32,000 bases of DNA, taken from Thermosulfurimonas dismutans (GTDB taxonomy: Bacteria; Desulfobacterota; Thermodesulfobacteria; Thermodesulfobacteriales; Thermodesulfobacteriaceae). Below are positions 1-10,045 of the stretch, piece by piece. How positions within the stretch are numbered: position 1 is the stretch's first letter; the number at the start of each line of letters is the position of its first letter. The DNA lies in NCBI RefSeq assembly GCF_001652585.1, contig NZ_LWLG01000009.1, positions 43,659-75,658 of the forward strand. Reading direction: 5' to 3'. The position numbers and the translations under genes were made by a program. The notes below the pieces were generated by a model, which saw only the letters and a list, made by a program, of their open reading frames with translations, ran no database searches and was not told the origin of the DNA.

Positions 1-413
1 TCGCTCGCCCGGTTGATCTGCGAACGGGCGGCCACCACCGGCTTGATCCGCATACCGGAGACCCGAGAGATGGCTTCCTGAAGGGGGAAATTGAAGGGAT
101 CAGAAAGGGCCACCACTAAGGCCCCTTCCTCTATCCTGAGAGGCAAAACCTCCCTCTGTTTCGCAAAGGCCGGAGAAACTTTGAGGAGGGCTTTGGGATC
201 CGGGGTTACCGTGGAAAGATCCTCGAAAGGCAGGCCAGCCTGTTCAGCTAGCACCCGGGCTACCTCAAGCTCCGTAACCAATCCAAGGCGGGTTAGGATC
301 TCTCCTAGCCTCTCTCGGGTAGCCTTCTGTTCAAGGAGGGCAAATCGAATATATTCCTCGGTGATAAAGCCCCGTTCCTTGAGGAGCTGCCCTATAGGCT
401 TCCGCTCGTTCAT
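1..413 (-). CDS. Type IV pilus assembly / type II secretion ATPase (PilB/GspE family), N-terminal part; the gene continues past the left edge
   Basis: Absent from the ORF track because there is no stop in the window. A minus-strand ATG at 413-411 opens MNERKPIGQLLKERGFITEEYIRFALLEQKATRERLGEILTRLGLVTELEVARVLAEQAGLPFEDL...GALVVALSDPFNF. This is the typical T2SSE_N/MshEN-type N-terminal domain of PilB/GspE ATPases. The + ORF 91..426 is its antisense shadow. Confidence 0.7.
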   Translation of the reverse strand, partial: MNERKPIGQLLKERGFITEEYIRFALLEQKATRERLGEILTRLGLVTELEVARVLAEQAGLPFEDLSTVTPDPKALLKVSPAFAKQREVLPLRIEEGALVVALSDPFNFPLQEAISRVSGMRIKPVVAARSQINRAS

Positions 414-431
414 CTTTCCTTTTTAAAAAAT

Positions 432-2885
432 TCAGGCCTTTGAATCAAGCTTTTTCAAGCCCCAGGAAAAGACCTCCTCCCGAGAGACCCCGAGAAGATG
501 GGCGGCGGCTTCTTCGGGTCTAAGACCCCCCTCCCGAAATTTCAACCGAAACAAAAGGGTACCATTTGAGATCTCGATCCCGGGAACAAATTCTCTGAGA
601 TCAAGGCTGCGACGTTTCCCTTTACGCATGACCTCAAGAGGCAGGGCAAGCCTTTCTTCCAGCACCTCCTCTTCGATTTTGAACCCTTCTGGCACCTTTA
701 CGGCAAAAAGGGCCTCCTCCTCTCGGATTTCGGGAGAAGTCACAGGCTCAACTTCAACGGGCGAGAGTCCCTGAGGCAGAACCTTCGCGAGCCTTGCAAG
801 TACCTCCTCCGAGCCCAACCTTTCCCTCAAGGCCAGGGCCATAACCTCTCCCTCGGACTCGATCCCCACCGGAAGGGCCCTGCCGAAGGATAATTTGGGA
901 TGAGGATGAAACCCTCGGGTGAAAGCCAGGGGGAGTCCGCTTCTTCTCAGGGCCCGCTCAAAGGCTCGGGTGATCTCAAGTTGTGAAAGGAACTGGAAAA
1001 CCCCCTTTTTGACATACTTTACCCGGTACCAGTAAACATCTTCCGCTATAGAGATTTCAGGAAGGGGAAGACTCTCCGCCTCTTTAGGTCGCAAGACATT
1101 TCTTACCTCCTTTCCGCAAACCCCGCATTTGAGGCACCTTTCAAAACGACAGTCTAGCGAGATTTCTCCCCGATAGGCCCGCTCCCTTTCCGAGAGGAGA
1201 AATTTTTTGTCCAGACCGCAATCAAGGTGATCCCAAGGGAGGATCTCTTCCGGATCTCTTTCTCGGAGATATTCCGAGAGTCTAATCCCTAAGGCCTCCG
1301 CGGCGGATAACCAGTGCCGTAGCCGGAATTCCTCGCTCCAGCCATCAAGCCGGGCCCCGGCCCTATGGGCCCCGAAAATGAGTTCCGATAGCCTCCGGTC
1401 TCCACGAGAAAGCACACCCTCAAGAAAACTTTGTTCCGGAAGATGCCATTTAAGCTTCAGCCGGCGCCCACGAACCAAACGTTTCAAAAGCTTGAGTTTC
1501 TCTCGAGTTTCGGGGATGTCCATCTGACGTTCCCACTGAAAGGGCGTATGAGGCTTAGGCACAAAGGTGGAGACCGAGACTGTCACCGCAAGTCCCCTGC
1601 TTTTTTCGGAGACCCTTTTTGCGAGTTCCGCAATGGCTCGTACGTCCTCCTCGGTCTCGGTGGGAAGACCGATCATGAAATAAAGCTTTATGTCCCGCCA
1701 GCCGAGATTTCGCGCGAGCTCCGCCCCGCGGAAAAGTTCTTCTTCCGAGATGCCCTTATTGATTACCCTCCGCAGGCGTTCGGTTCCGGCTTCGGGAGCA
1801 AGGGTCAGTCCCGTGCGGCGCAGACGGCTTAAAACTTCAAGGATTCCGGGGGTAAGACTGCCAACCCGCACGGAAGGAAGCGATATAGCCACCCGGTCTT
1901 CCCCGAAACGGATATAAAGGGCCCTTACCAAGGCCTCAAGGGCCGTATAGTCTCCAGCCGAAAGAGAAAGAAGTGAGACCTCTTCAAAGCCCGTGCTCTT
2001 AACCCCCTCTTCGGTCATTTCAAGGACCCTTTCTACAGATCGTTCTCTCACCGGACGATAGATAGAACTTGCCTGACAGAAACGACATCCCCGTGTGCAA
2101 CCTCGGGAAATCTCGACCGAGAGTCGGTCGTGGGCTATCTCCGCCCAAGGAACCGGGGGACGCCAGGGATAAAAAACTCGGTCAAGATCCGAAACAATTC
2201 GGCGTCTCACCTTTTCATAGCCTGGAAGCAGGGGCTCAAGCCCTCGAAAACGCTCATTCTCATAAAGCGGCCGGAAAAAACGGGGCACATACACTCCCGG
2301 AATACGGACCAAGGCCCGCAGAAGTTCATCTCGGTTCCCGTGGGCCGCCTTCCAATCCTTTACGCACTCGGCTATCTCAAGAATAGCCTCCTCACCATCC
2401 CCAAAGATGATGGCATCATAGAAGTCAGCCACCGGCTCGGGATTGGCCATGGCCGAACCCCCGCCAAGAACAAGAGGATCCCCTTCTTTCCGATCCCTTG
2501 CGAACACCGGAATCCCAGAGAGCTCAAGCACGGTCACGATATTGGCCGCGCAAAGCTCATAGGGATAAGAAATCCCCACCACATCGAAGTCTCTCAAGGG
2601 ACGGCCGTGTTCAAGAGAGAGAAGGGGAAGCCTCCTTCTGCGAAGAAGATCCTCCAAATCCCGAGCCGGAACATAAGCCCGATCCGCAAGATAGCCCTCA
2701 CGGGAATTCAATATCAGGTAAAGGATATGGAGCCCAATATGGGACATCCCGATCTCATAAAGATCCGGATAGACCAGGCAGAATCTAACCCCGGCCTCCT
2801 CCCAAGGCTTACGAAAGGCGTTTACCTCGCGATCAAAATAGCGCGTAGGTCGCCTTATGCGGTATAGAAGCTCGAAGGGATACAT
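432..2885 (-). CDS. Radical SAM protein with a B12-binding-like N-terminal region (TIGR03960-like) fused to a C-terminal DUF2344/TIGR03936-like 'radical SAM-linked' domain
   Basis: 817-aa ORF. It carries the CxxxCxxC cluster motif in SVEISRGCTRGCRFCQAS. The C-terminal ~230 aa (YWYRVKYVKKG...LSFGRALPVGIESEGE) resemble the protein usually encoded beside this enzyme. The stop lies 18 nt upstream of the pilB-like ATG on the same strand. Confidence 0.8.
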   Translation of the reverse strand: MYPFELLYRIRRPTRYFDREVNAFRKPWEEAGVRFCLVYPDLYEIGMSHIGLHILYLILNSREGYLADRAYVPARDLEDLLRRRRLPLLSLEHGRPLRDFDVVGISYPYELCAANIVTVLELSGIPVFARDRKEGDPLVLGGGSAMANPEPVADFYDAIIFGDGEEAILEIAECVKDWKAAHGNRDELLRALVRIPGVYVPRFFRPLYENERFRGLEPLLPGYEKVRRRIVSDLDRVFYPWRPPVPWAEIAHDRLSVEISRGCTRGCRFCQASSIYRPVRERSVERVLEMTEEGVKSTGFEEVSLLSLSAGDYTALEALVRALYIRFGEDRVAISLPSVRVGSLTPGILEVLSRLRRTGLTLAPEAGTERLRRVINKGISEEELFRGAELARNLGWRDIKLYFMIGLPTETEEDVRAIAELAKRVSEKSRGLAVTVSVSTFVPKPHTPFQWERQMDIPETREKLKLLKRLVRGRRLKLKWHLPEQSFLEGVLSRGDRRLSELIFGAHRAGARLDGWSEEFRLRHWLSAAEALGIRLSEYLRERDPEEILPWDHLDCGLDKKFLLSERERAYRGEISLDCRFERCLKCGVCGKEVRNVLRPKEAESLPLPEISIAEDVYWYRVKYVKKGVFQFLSQLEITRAFERALRRSGLPLAFTRGFHPHPKLSFGRALPVGIESEGEVMALALRERLGSEEVLARLAKVLPQGLSPVEVEPVTSPEIREEEALFAVKVPEGFKIEEEVLEERLALPLEVMRKGKRRSLDLREFVPGIEISNGTLLFRLKFREGGLRPEEAAAHLLGVSREEVFSWGLKKLDSKA

Positions 2886-2886
2886 C

Positions 2887-2895
2887 TGTTATAAT
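2887..2895 (+). promoter_or_regulatory. Candidate extended -10 promoter (TGtTATAAT) for trmB
   Basis: TGTTATAAT lies about 45 nt upstream of the trmB TTG start. The strong SD AAGGAGGT sits between them at about 2928-2935. No convincing -35 element. Confidence 0.4.
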
Positions 2896-2940
2896 GATAC
2901 CGGCTTTCTGCGATCTCGATAAGGGAAAAAGGAGGTCCTG

Positions 2941-3852
2941 TTGTCAACACAGGGGTACCTTAACTACAAAAGAATTCCCAAACCCTTGAGGATTCCACGA
3001 CTTACGGTTGAAATCGGTTTTGGAAACGGAGAGTTCCTAGCCGCTCTCGCCCGAAGGCATCCCGAACGCAATTTCCTGGGTATAGAGCTTTCCGGGATCT
3101 CCATCGAAAAGCTCCTCAAGCGTATTCGCGAGGCCAATCTAAAGAACCTTTTTTGCGTCCGGCTAGATGCCTACTGGGCCTTCCTACTCCTCTTTGAAAA
3201 CGAAACCATAGAAACCATTTATATGAACTATCCCGATCCTTGGTTCAAAAAGCGACACCACAAACGACGCTTAACCCGTCCAGCGAATCTTTATATTTTC
3301 GCCCGAAGACTGAAGACCGGAGGGGAAATTCTTATCCGCACAGATGACCGTCCCTTTCTGGAATACTCTCTTGAAAGCGCCCAAGAGGTAGGAGCTTTTG
3401 AGATAAAAGTGGAGACGTTAAAACCCGAGGCCCCACTTACCAAATATGAGGCTAAGTGGGTGGCGGAGGGAAAAACCCTCTATGTCTTAACCCTCAAGAA
3501 GACAAGACCCCCCCGCCATATTCCGCATCCCGTAATAGAGGAGGTGGAGAACGTGTTTCCGGTAAAGGTCCCCAACATCAAAAATCTTCCAGAGACTCTC
3601 CAGAAGACCTTCCGGCCGAGAGAGGGCCTGGTGATAAGAACCTTCAACGTCTGGGAGAAGGGCGAGGACCGTCTGCTGGAGATCCTGCTTTCCGAAGAGG
3701 GGTATCTTCAACGATTCCTGGTCTTCATCAAGAAGAAGCCTACGGGCTATCAGATGGATGTTTCGAGTTTCAGCGAGGTTTTGAAGACCCGCGGTCTTCA
3801 GGAGGCCCTGGAATTTCTGGCCAAGCAGGTCTCGGCCCAATGTATTTCCTAG
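2941..3852 (+). CDS. trmB: tRNA (guanine-N7)-methyltransferase TrmB with a ~100-aa uncharacterised C-terminal extension
   Basis: TTG start 5 nt after AAGGAGGT. TrmB motifs are present: EIGFGNGEFL, NYPDPWFKKRHHKRRL. The core ends near aa 200, but the ORF continues to aa 303. Confidence 0.8.
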   Translation: MSTQGYLNYKRIPKPLRIPRLTVEIGFGNGEFLAALARRHPERNFLGIELSGISIEKLLKRIREANLKNLFCVRLDAYWAFLLLFENETIETIYMNYPDPWFKKRHHKRRLTRPANLYIFARRLKTGGEILIRTDDRPFLEYSLESAQEVGAFEIKVETLKPEAPLTKYEAKWVAEGKTLYVLTLKKTRPPRHIPHPVIEEVENVFPVKVPNIKNLPETLQKTFRPREGLVIRTFNVWEKGEDRLLEILLSEEGYLQRFLVFIKKKPTGYQMDVSSFSEVLKTRGLQEALEFLAKQVSAQCIS

Positions 3853-4262
3853 GGGTGGATCTTGCCGGAGAGGCCAACACCTGGGCGGTAGCTCTGAGGA
3901 AAGAAGATGCAGCCCGAAACTGGGTGGTTTCCTATCACGGACTCCAGGCTGTGCCCGTGCGGGGGAAGATCCTGGCCGAAGCCCTCTCTCCGGTGGTGGA
4001 GACCATCCTTGAAACCCACCCCCGGGTCTCCCTCTATTTTTGCCTACAGGAGGAGATGAAAGACCTTGTCTTTCTTTATAAGCCTCGAAGAAACCTCTCT
4101 GCCGATCTTAGGAAGGAGGCTTGCCGCTCGACTCTTTCATCTCGCCCCGGAGCATCTGATCTTCTTTTCCAAAAAAGCCTCCGGAATCTTCGGTCGCGGA
4201 CCTTTTTTGGTTATCAAAAGCCTACCAGGAAAGGGTTAAGGCTACCACAAGCGGAAGGGTAA
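3840..4262 (+). CDS. Hypothetical protein; the N-terminus is RNase-H-fold/DUF429-like; possibly a decayed or frameshifted gene
   Basis: The ATG at 3840 overlaps the trmB stop. The N-terminus is MYFLGVDLAGEANTWAVALRKED. It is the only long ORF covering 3853-4221. The distal half is low-complexity and overlaps the convergent gene by 41 nt. Confidence 0.4.
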   Translation: MYFLGVDLAGEANTWAVALRKEDAARNWVVSYHGLQAVPVRGKILAEALSPVVETILETHPRVSLYFCLQEEMKDLVFLYKPRRNLSADLRKEACRSTLSSRPGASDLLFQKSLRNLRSRTFFGYQKPTRKGLRLPQAEG

Positions 4263-4740
4263 AGTTGTCATTTACTCGGGGAAGCCTTTCGACAAGGGTC
4301 CAACTAAGAACCTTCAGGATATTTAGCGGATCGAGGGGATAGCCAAAGACCAATAAAATAGCGAGCCCACAAAGGAAAAGGACCACACTTCGGCCTCTGA
4401 TAAGCAACCCCGCTACGGCATCTCCTACAGCTAGCACCCAGAGACCCACCAGCGCCGCTTCAAGAGGAAACATCAAGAAAGCCAGCCCCACCCCCCAGAA
4501 GTAATAAAAAGCCCCCGAAAACCGCCTTTCCTCCCCGGAGCGCATGAGTCTACCAAATAAGCGATTTAAAATAGAAAATCGTCCTGAAATCCGCAGAACT
4601 TCAACAGTCGTAATCGATACGAGAATAATAACCCAAAAAATCTCTTGCCACGCCTCCAGCCAGAGGACCAAGGGATGAAGGGCCAGGCCCGAGAGGTGAA
4701 AAAGTTTGCGCGGAAGCTCGCGTCTTAGGTTTACTCCCAC
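4222..4740 (-). CDS. Polytopic membrane protein of the CTP-dependent polyprenol/diacylglycerol kinase-cytidylyltransferase superfamily (COG0170/dolichol-kinase-like)
   Basis: 172 aa, multiple TM segments. Motifs: [42 protein letters not shown]. It overlaps the guaA stop by 10 nt. Confidence 0.6.
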   Translation of the reverse strand: MGVNLRRELPRKLFHLSGLALHPLVLWLEAWQEIFWVIILVSITTVEVLRISGRFSILNRLFGRLMRSGEERRFSGAFYYFWGVGLAFLMFPLEAALVGLWVLAVGDAVAGLLIRGRSVVLFLCGLAILLVFGYPLDPLNILKVLSWTLVERLPRVNDNFTLPLVVALTLSW

Positions 4741-6281
4741 TCGATGGTCGCCGGAGGTTTGGAGGAAATGTCATAGACCACGCGGTTTACTCCCTGAACC
4801 TCGTTTATGATGCGGTTTGAGAGTCGGGCGAGAAGCTCATAAGGGAGTCTCACCCAATCTGCGGTCATGGCGTCCTGGCTTTCCACACATCGAATGGCAA
4901 TCACGTGTTCATAGGTTCGGTAATCACCCATGACTCCGACCGTCTTCACCGGCACCAAGACCGCAAAGCTCTGCCATACTTTGTAGTACCAGCCGCTTTT
5001 CAGCATCTCCTCCGTAACGATGGCATCCGCCTCCCGCAGGATGCGAAGCCGCTCCTCAGTAACTTCTCCCAAGATTCTTATGGCTAGACCCGGCCCTGGG
5101 AAGGGCTGCCGCCATATCACTTTCTTAGGAAGCCCAAGTTCACGGGCAATCTCACGGACCTCATCCTTAAAAAGCTCTCGCAGGGGTTCTATAAGTTTGA
5201 GCTGCATCCGCTCGGGAAGACCGCCTACATTGTGGTGGGTTTTAATAGTAGCCGAAGGGCCACGAAAAGAGACGCTCTCGATGACATCCGGATAAAGGGT
5301 CCCCTGAGCCAGCCACTTTACATTTCCGATTTTCCGGGCCTCCTCCTCAAAGACCTCGATAAAGGTATATCCAATGATACGACGCTTTTTCTCTGGATCA
5401 GTAACTCCTTGGAGTCTTTCCAGGAAACGCTGGGAGGCATCCACATAGTGCACCTTGAGCCCCAGCCCTTCCATGAGAGAAAGTACCTCCTCGGGCTCAT
5501 TCTTGCGGAGTACCCCATTATTCACAAAAATGGGCACCAGTCGATCCCCGATGGCCCGATGGACTAGAAGGGCCGTAACCGTGGAGTCTATGCCCCCCGA
5601 AAGGGCACAAACCACCCGATCCTCCGAAGACACCATCTCCCGGATCTCGCGCACGGTGGTCTCGATAAAGGACTCCATGGTCCAGGTGGGTTCACAACCG
5701 CAGATCCGGAAGACAAAATTGGAGAGGACCTCCCGGCCAATCTCGGTATGCACCACCTCGGGATGAAACTGGACTCCGAAAAGTGGCCTTTCCTTATGCC
5801 GCATAGCGGCATAAGGCGAGTTCTCGCTCTCCGCAATAGATATAAAATCCGGAGGCAGGACTTCGATACGGTCACCGTGACTCATCCAGACCCGGTACTT
5901 CCGATTGGAATCAAGACCGTAGAAAAGATCTTCTGTAGAAAGGACTCTGAGTTCAGCCGGACCATACTCCCTCTTGAAGCTCCTTTCAACCAGGCCCCCC
6001 AAGAGATGGGCCATGAGCTGCATCCCATAACAAATCCCAAGGACCGGAATCCCCATATCGAAAATCTCCACCGGGATCCGCGGAGCCTCCTCATCGTATA
6101 CACTCGCCGGCCCTCCGGAAAGGATAATCCCCTTGGGACCGAAGGCTCGAATTTCATCGAGACTCACCGTGCAGGGACGGATCTCGCTGTAAACGTTAAA
6201 CTCCCGCACACGCCTGGCAATAAGCTGCGTGGTTTGAGAGCCAAAATCCAGAATCAAAATGGCATCCTTGGTCTTCATCAT
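4731..6281 (-). CDS. guaA: GMP synthase (glutamine-hydrolysing)
   Basis: 516 aa. N-terminal GATase domain ([11 protein letters not shown]). ATP-PPase P-loop SGGIDSTV. Canonical C-terminus PPATIEWE. Confidence 0.97.
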   Translation of the reverse strand: MMKTKDAILILDFGSQTTQLIARRVREFNVYSEIRPCTVSLDEIRAFGPKGIILSGGPASVYDEEAPRIPVEIFDMGIPVLGICYGMQLMAHLLGGLVERSFKREYGPAELRVLSTEDLFYGLDSNRKYRVWMSHGDRIEVLPPDFISIAESENSPYAAMRHKERPLFGVQFHPEVVHTEIGREVLSNFVFRICGCEPTWTMESFIETTVREIREMVSSEDRVVCALSGGIDSTVTALLVHRAIGDRLVPIFVNNGVLRKNEPEEVLSLMEGLGLKVHYVDASQRFLERLQGVTDPEKKRRIIGYTFIEVFEEEARKIGNVKWLAQGTLYPDVIESVSFRGPSATIKTHHNVGGLPERMQLKLIEPLRELFKDEVREIARELGLPKKVIWRQPFPGPGLAIRILGEVTEERLRILREADAIVTEEMLKSGWYYKVWQSFAVLVPVKTVGVMGDYRTYEHVIAIRCVESQDAMTADWVRLPYELLARLSNRIINEVQGVNRVVYDISSKPPATIEWE

Positions 6282-6772
6282 AACCTTTCCTTCCTACGCC
6301 CTTTCCTTAGAAGCAAAACAGCCACTACCAAAGCCAAGATCAGAAGTCCCACAATTGCCATTTCTATGAGATAGTATTTGACACGTTCGACCTCAAGTTT
6401 GCCACCATGCGAGATTTCAAAGGCCACCAAGAGCAATCTCCGGACCAGAGCTATAATGGCTACCATTAAAAAGGGCTCAATACATTGAAGATGGTACTCC
6501 TCTCCAAAAACGATCTGTACGGTATAAAGGATTTCCAGGAACATAAGAGCGATAAGGAAACGGTCGATCACCTTTAAAATGCCTAGGGCAAAATCCTCAT
6601 ACTCAAAGGCCCGGAAAAGGGCGTGAAAGCCATCGTAGATCACCTCAGCGGTGGCAAAAATAATGCCTATGGCCACTAGAATATAGAGGAGACGCTCTAC
6701 TTTAAGGAAGGTATCTTGAAACCAGATATCAGCTAGGGAACGCCTCTTAGGATTTTTGGTTTTCTCTACCAT
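6278..6772 (-). CDS. PsiE-family (phosphate-starvation-inducible-like) membrane protein
   Basis: 164 aa, four predicted TM helices. The pattern ...[15 protein letters not shown]...[12 protein letters not shown] resembles PsiE family proteins. ATGA-type overlap with the guaA start. Confidence 0.6.
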   Translation of the reverse strand: MVEKTKNPKRRSLADIWFQDTFLKVERLLYILVAIGIIFATAEVIYDGFHALFRAFEYEDFALGILKVIDRFLIALMFLEILYTVQIVFGEEYHLQCIEPFLMVAIIALVRRLLLVAFEISHGGKLEVERVKYYLIEMAIVGLLILALVVAVLLLRKGRRKERL

Positions 6773-6775
6773 AGA

Positions 6776-7348
6776 TTAATTTTTGATCAAATCTCGACGG
6801 TTGTAAAGGGTCATAGCCTTTTCCAAACCTTCTGAGAAAATCACCTCTATAGCCTCCACCCCAGCCTCTATCACCTTTTCCGCCAAGGGCCATTCCTCAG
6901 GTCCGAACTCTGAAAGTACATAATCCTTTACTGATACCCCCTTCAGAGGACGACCGATGCCGAGTTTCATACGAGGAAAGGCTTCCGTTCCTAAGGCTGA
7001 AATAATTGAAAGCACTCCCCGGTGGCCTCCGGCTCCCCCTTTGGGAACGAGCTTTAATCTTCCGAGGGGGAGATCCAGATCGTCGTGCACCACCAGAATT
7101 CTCTCCGGCGATACGGAAAGCTCCCGAGCCGCCGGCAGAACCGCCTCCCCTGAAAGATTCATATAGGTAAGAGGTAATAGAAGATAAGCTTTGCCAGGAA
7201 GCTCGGCCATCATCGCCTTTCCTGAAAGGGCTTCAAAAAATTTAAGGCCTTGGCTTTCCGCCAAGGCCGAAACGACTAACCACCCCAAATTATGCCGCGT
7301 ACGGAGAAAACGTGGGCCGGGGTTTCCCAGCCCCACCAGAAGCCACAT
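6776..7348 (-). CDS. pth: Peptidyl-tRNA hydrolase
   Basis: The N-terminus MWLLVGLGNPGPRFLRTRHNLGW and the VVHDDLDLPLGRLKL motif are canonical for Pth. Confidence 0.95.
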   Translation of the reverse strand: MWLLVGLGNPGPRFLRTRHNLGWLVVSALAESQGLKFFEALSGKAMMAELPGKAYLLLPLTYMNLSGEAVLPAARELSVSPERILVVHDDLDLPLGRLKLVPKGGAGGHRGVLSIISALGTEAFPRMKLGIGRPLKGVSVKDYVLSEFGPEEWPLAEKVIEAGVEAIEVIFSEGLEKAMTLYNRRDLIKN

Positions 7349-7351
7349 AGC

Positions 7352-7963
7352 TTACGCCGCAGATTCGCCCTCGGTCTCCTCTCCCCCCTCGCTCTCAGCC
7401 TCAACTTCTATGATGGTGACCACGGGCTCATCAGGATCTTCCACAAATTTCATGCCTTCAGGCGGGGTGAGATCGCGAACATGCAGGGTATCACCTATAT
7501 CGAGCTCGGTCACATCCACCTCGATGCTATCCGGAATCTGGTTCGGAAGGCAGGAGACCGTAATCTCCCTCATAATAAGCTCAAGGAGTCCACCCTTTTC
7601 CACACCTTTGGCCTTGCCTACCACCTTGATAGGCACATCCACTTCCACGGGCCTATCCATCCGAATCTCATAAAAGTCGGCATGGATAATTTCGTCCGTA
7701 ACAGGGTGGTATTGAAGCTCTTTGATGAGGGCCATCCGCTGAGAGGTATTTCCGTTGTCCACCACCGTCAAATTGAATATCAATGACTCGCCACGGTGGC
7801 GCTGCAAAATCCTCTTGAGCTCATTTACCTTGGCCGCAAGAGGCAAGGGGTCGGTTTGAGGCCCATAAAGGATGGCCGGTATAAGCCCCTGACGCCGAAG
7901 TTTTTTGGCCATCTCCTTGCCGGTCTTTTTCCTGACCTCCACGGTAAAAGGAACCTGTTTCAT
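7352..7963 (-). CDS. rplY: 50S ribosomal protein L25 / general stress protein Ctc
   Basis: 203 aa. GKEMAKKLRRQGLIPAILYG signature and an acidic C-terminal tail. Conserved prs-ctc-pth context. Confidence 0.93.
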   Translation of the reverse strand: MKQVPFTVEVRKKTGKEMAKKLRRQGLIPAILYGPQTDPLPLAAKVNELKRILQRHRGESLIFNLTVVDNGNTSQRMALIKELQYHPVTDEIIHADFYEIRMDRPVEVDVPIKVVGKAKGVEKGGLLELIMREITVSCLPNQIPDSIEVDVTELDIGDTLHVRDLTPPEGMKFVEDPDEPVVTIIEVEAESEGGEETEGESAA

Positions 7964-7989
7964 GATTCAAAACCCCCTTCTTCCAAAGA

Positions 7990-8937
7990 TTAAACAAAAA
8001 GCGAACTCACCGAATCGTCGGCATGAATCCTTCTTATAGCCTCTCCAAGTAGTTTGGCCACCGAAAGAACTTCGATCTTTTTAATATCTTTGACCTCCTC
8101 CCGCAAGGGGATGGTGTCAGTAACCACCAAGGATTTTAGAACCGAATTCTTTATCCGCTCTGGAGCCGGGCCAGAAAGCACCGGATGGGTAGCCATACCG
8201 TGGACCTCCTTGGCCCCTTGATCCTTAATGGCTTTGGCCGCCTGGCACATAGTGCCCGCGGTATCCACCATGTCGTCCAAAATAATAGCCACTTTGCCCT
8301 TTACATCCCCTACCACATGCATAACCTCGCTCTCGTTGGGACGGAGACGACGTTTGTCCACGATGGCGATACCGGCTCCGAGTCTCTTGGCATAGGCCCG
8401 GGCCCTCTCCACACCTCCGGCATCTGGAGACACGATTACCAGTTCCTCATCTCGGAAGGTCTCCTTGAGATAATCCAGGAGAACCGGGGCCGCAAAAAGA
8501 TGATCTACCGGGATATCAAAGAATCCCTGGATTTGGCCGGCGTGAAGGTCCATAGTAAGGACCCTCCTCGCCCCGGCTACGGTGAGAAGATTGGCCACCA
8601 GCTTGGCGGTAATGGGGGTTCTGGGCGCAGTCTTCCGATCCTGACGGGCGTAACCATAATAGGGCATAACGGCAGTAATACGCCTGGCTGAGGCCCTCCT
8701 TAAGGCATCAATGATGATGAGAAGCTCCATCAAATGTTCGTTTACTGGGGGGCAGGTGGACTGGATCACGAAAACATCCGCCCCTCGGACATTTTCCTTG
8801 ATCTCCACAAAAATTTCGCCATCACTGAACCGTCTGATCTCCATGTGTCCCAAAGGGACCGCTAGATATTCGCAGATCTTTTTGGCTAGTTCCGGATTAG
8901 AGTTCCCGCTAAAGATCTTCATGTGATTGATAAACAT
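7990..8937 (-). CDS. prs: Ribose-phosphate pyrophosphokinase
   Basis: 315 aa. [26 protein letters not shown] and the [11 protein letters not shown] motif. SD GGAGGGAGAG lies upstream of the ATG at 8937. An alternative ATG at 8922 forms an ATGA overlap with ispE. Confidence 0.95.
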   Translation of the reverse strand: MFINHMKIFSGNSNPELAKKICEYLAVPLGHMEIRRFSDGEIFVEIKENVRGADVFVIQSTCPPVNEHLMELLIIIDALRRASARRITAVMPYYGYARQDRKTAPRTPITAKLVANLLTVAGARRVLTMDLHAGQIQGFFDIPVDHLFAAPVLLDYLKETFRDEELVIVSPDAGGVERARAYAKRLGAGIAIVDKRRLRPNESEVMHVVGDVKGKVAIILDDMVDTAGTMCQAAKAIKDQGAKEVHGMATHPVLSGPAPERIKNSVLKSLVVTDTIPLREEVKDIKKIEVLSVAKLLGEAIRRIHADDSVSSLFV

Positions 8938-9767
8938 GTCTCTCCCTCCCGAAAGTTCCTCGCCACCAAAACTTGGTAATCTTTAAATCTCTCTCGGAGC
9001 CTTTCGGCGGCCCTTTCGGCCAGGCCCTGTTCTTCAAAGACTCCGAAAAGGGCCGACCCACTACCAGAAAGCCCAGCCTTCAGGGCCCCAGCATCATAAA
9101 GAGCGGCCTCGACCACCGAAAGCTCCGGATATTTCTCAAAAACTAGGTCCTTAAAGTCGTTCACCAAGGATTTATCCCAAGAAAAATTTTCCGGCCCATT
9201 AATAAGCGGGGTTTCCCTTTTTGTCAATCTCAAATTTCGATAGGCCCAGGCCGTAGATATTCGAAAGGGTGGTACTACGACCACATACCATGCCGGAAGC
9301 GTTGGCCACGGCGAAAGGCGATCCCCGATCCCCTCCCCGAGGGCGGTACTATAAGAGGACAAAAAGAACGGCACATCCGCCCCGAGCGACCTTCCGACCT
9401 CAAAAAGTTCGGCCTCTGAAAGGTGTCCAGGATAGAGCTTTGAAAGCCCTTTGAGCACCGCAGCCGCGTCGCTGCTTGCCCCACCAAGACCTGTTCCCGC
9501 AGGAATGCGCTTTTTAAGCCGGATGAAGACCCCACCCTTAATAGCCGCCCGCTCAAGAAAAATCTCGGCCGCTCTAAAACAGAGGTTCTCGCGCCCCGGA
9601 GGGGCTTCTCCAGAAACCTCAAGAGTGATTCCCGTGGCCTTTTCCAGATGGACCTCGTCGCAAAGGCTAATCTTTTGGAAAAGAGTGAGAAGATCGTGAT
9701 AGCCATCCGGCCTTCGGCCAAGGACATAGAGAAAAAGATTGAGCTTGGCCGGAGCTTCTATCTTCAT
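8919..9767 (-). CDS. ispE: 4-diphosphocytidyl-2-C-methyl-D-erythritol kinase
   Basis: N-terminus [26 protein letters not shown] and the GHMP-kinase loop [15 protein letters not shown]. Confidence 0.93.
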   Translation of the reverse strand: MKIEAPAKLNLFLYVLGRRPDGYHDLLTLFQKISLCDEVHLEKATGITLEVSGEAPPGRENLCFRAAEIFLERAAIKGGVFIRLKKRIPAGTGLGGASSDAAAVLKGLSKLYPGHLSEAELFEVGRSLGADVPFFLSSYSTALGEGIGDRLSPWPTLPAWYVVVVPPFRISTAWAYRNLRLTKRETPLINGPENFSWDKSLVNDFKDLVFEKYPELSVVEAALYDAGALKAGLSGSGSALFGVFEEQGLAERAAERLRERFKDYQVLVARNFREGETCLSIT

Positions 9768-10036
9768 GAAGTCAATTTAATGTAGCGCATCCGCAATTCG
9801 TAAAGGACACTTTCGAGAAGTTGTTCTTCCTCCTTAGTGAGATTACCCTTGGTTTTTTCCTTGAGCATATCTAGGGTATCAATAGTATGTCGGGCCAGGG
9901 CCAGGTTCACGCTCTTTTCGTTGGTCTCGGGATTGGGAAGCTCCCCCAAGTGGATGAGAGCGGCGGTATTAAGCGAAAGAATGAAAGTACTAAAAGTGAC
10001 CGGTGGAAGAAAGGCCTCCTCCTTTTGTTTGGTCAT
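9764..10036 (-). CDS. DUF1844 domain protein
   Basis: 90 aa. FSTFILSLNTAALIHLGE...ARHTIDTLDMLKEKTKGNL matches my recollection of the DUF1844 family. Confidence 0.7.
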   Translation of the reverse strand: MTKQKEEAFLPPVTFSTFILSLNTAALIHLGELPNPETNEKSVNLALARHTIDTLDMLKEKTKGNLTKEEEQLLESVLYELRMRYIKLTS

Positions 10037-10045
10037 AACCGCCTC

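Noticed and set aside
91-426. + strand ORF of 111 aa at the left edge
   Set aside because: It is antisense to a clearly recognisable PilB/GspE N-terminal domain on the minus strand. Its composition is Ser/Arg-rich and it has no RBS.
1431-2867. Several + strand ORFs (up to 245 aa) inside the radical SAM gene
   Set aside because: These are shadow ORFs antisense to a well-supported 817-aa gene. They are Arg/Pro/Ser-rich with no recognisable motifs.
5748-6374. 208-aa + strand ORF opposite guaA
   Set aside because: It is antisense to a canonical GMP synthase. The same reasoning applies to the other long antisense ORFs: 7191..7786 opposite rplY, 8185..8691 opposite prs, 9887..10423 opposite DUF1844/FmdB, 22213..22641 opposite the activator and 29058..29513 opposite GT2.
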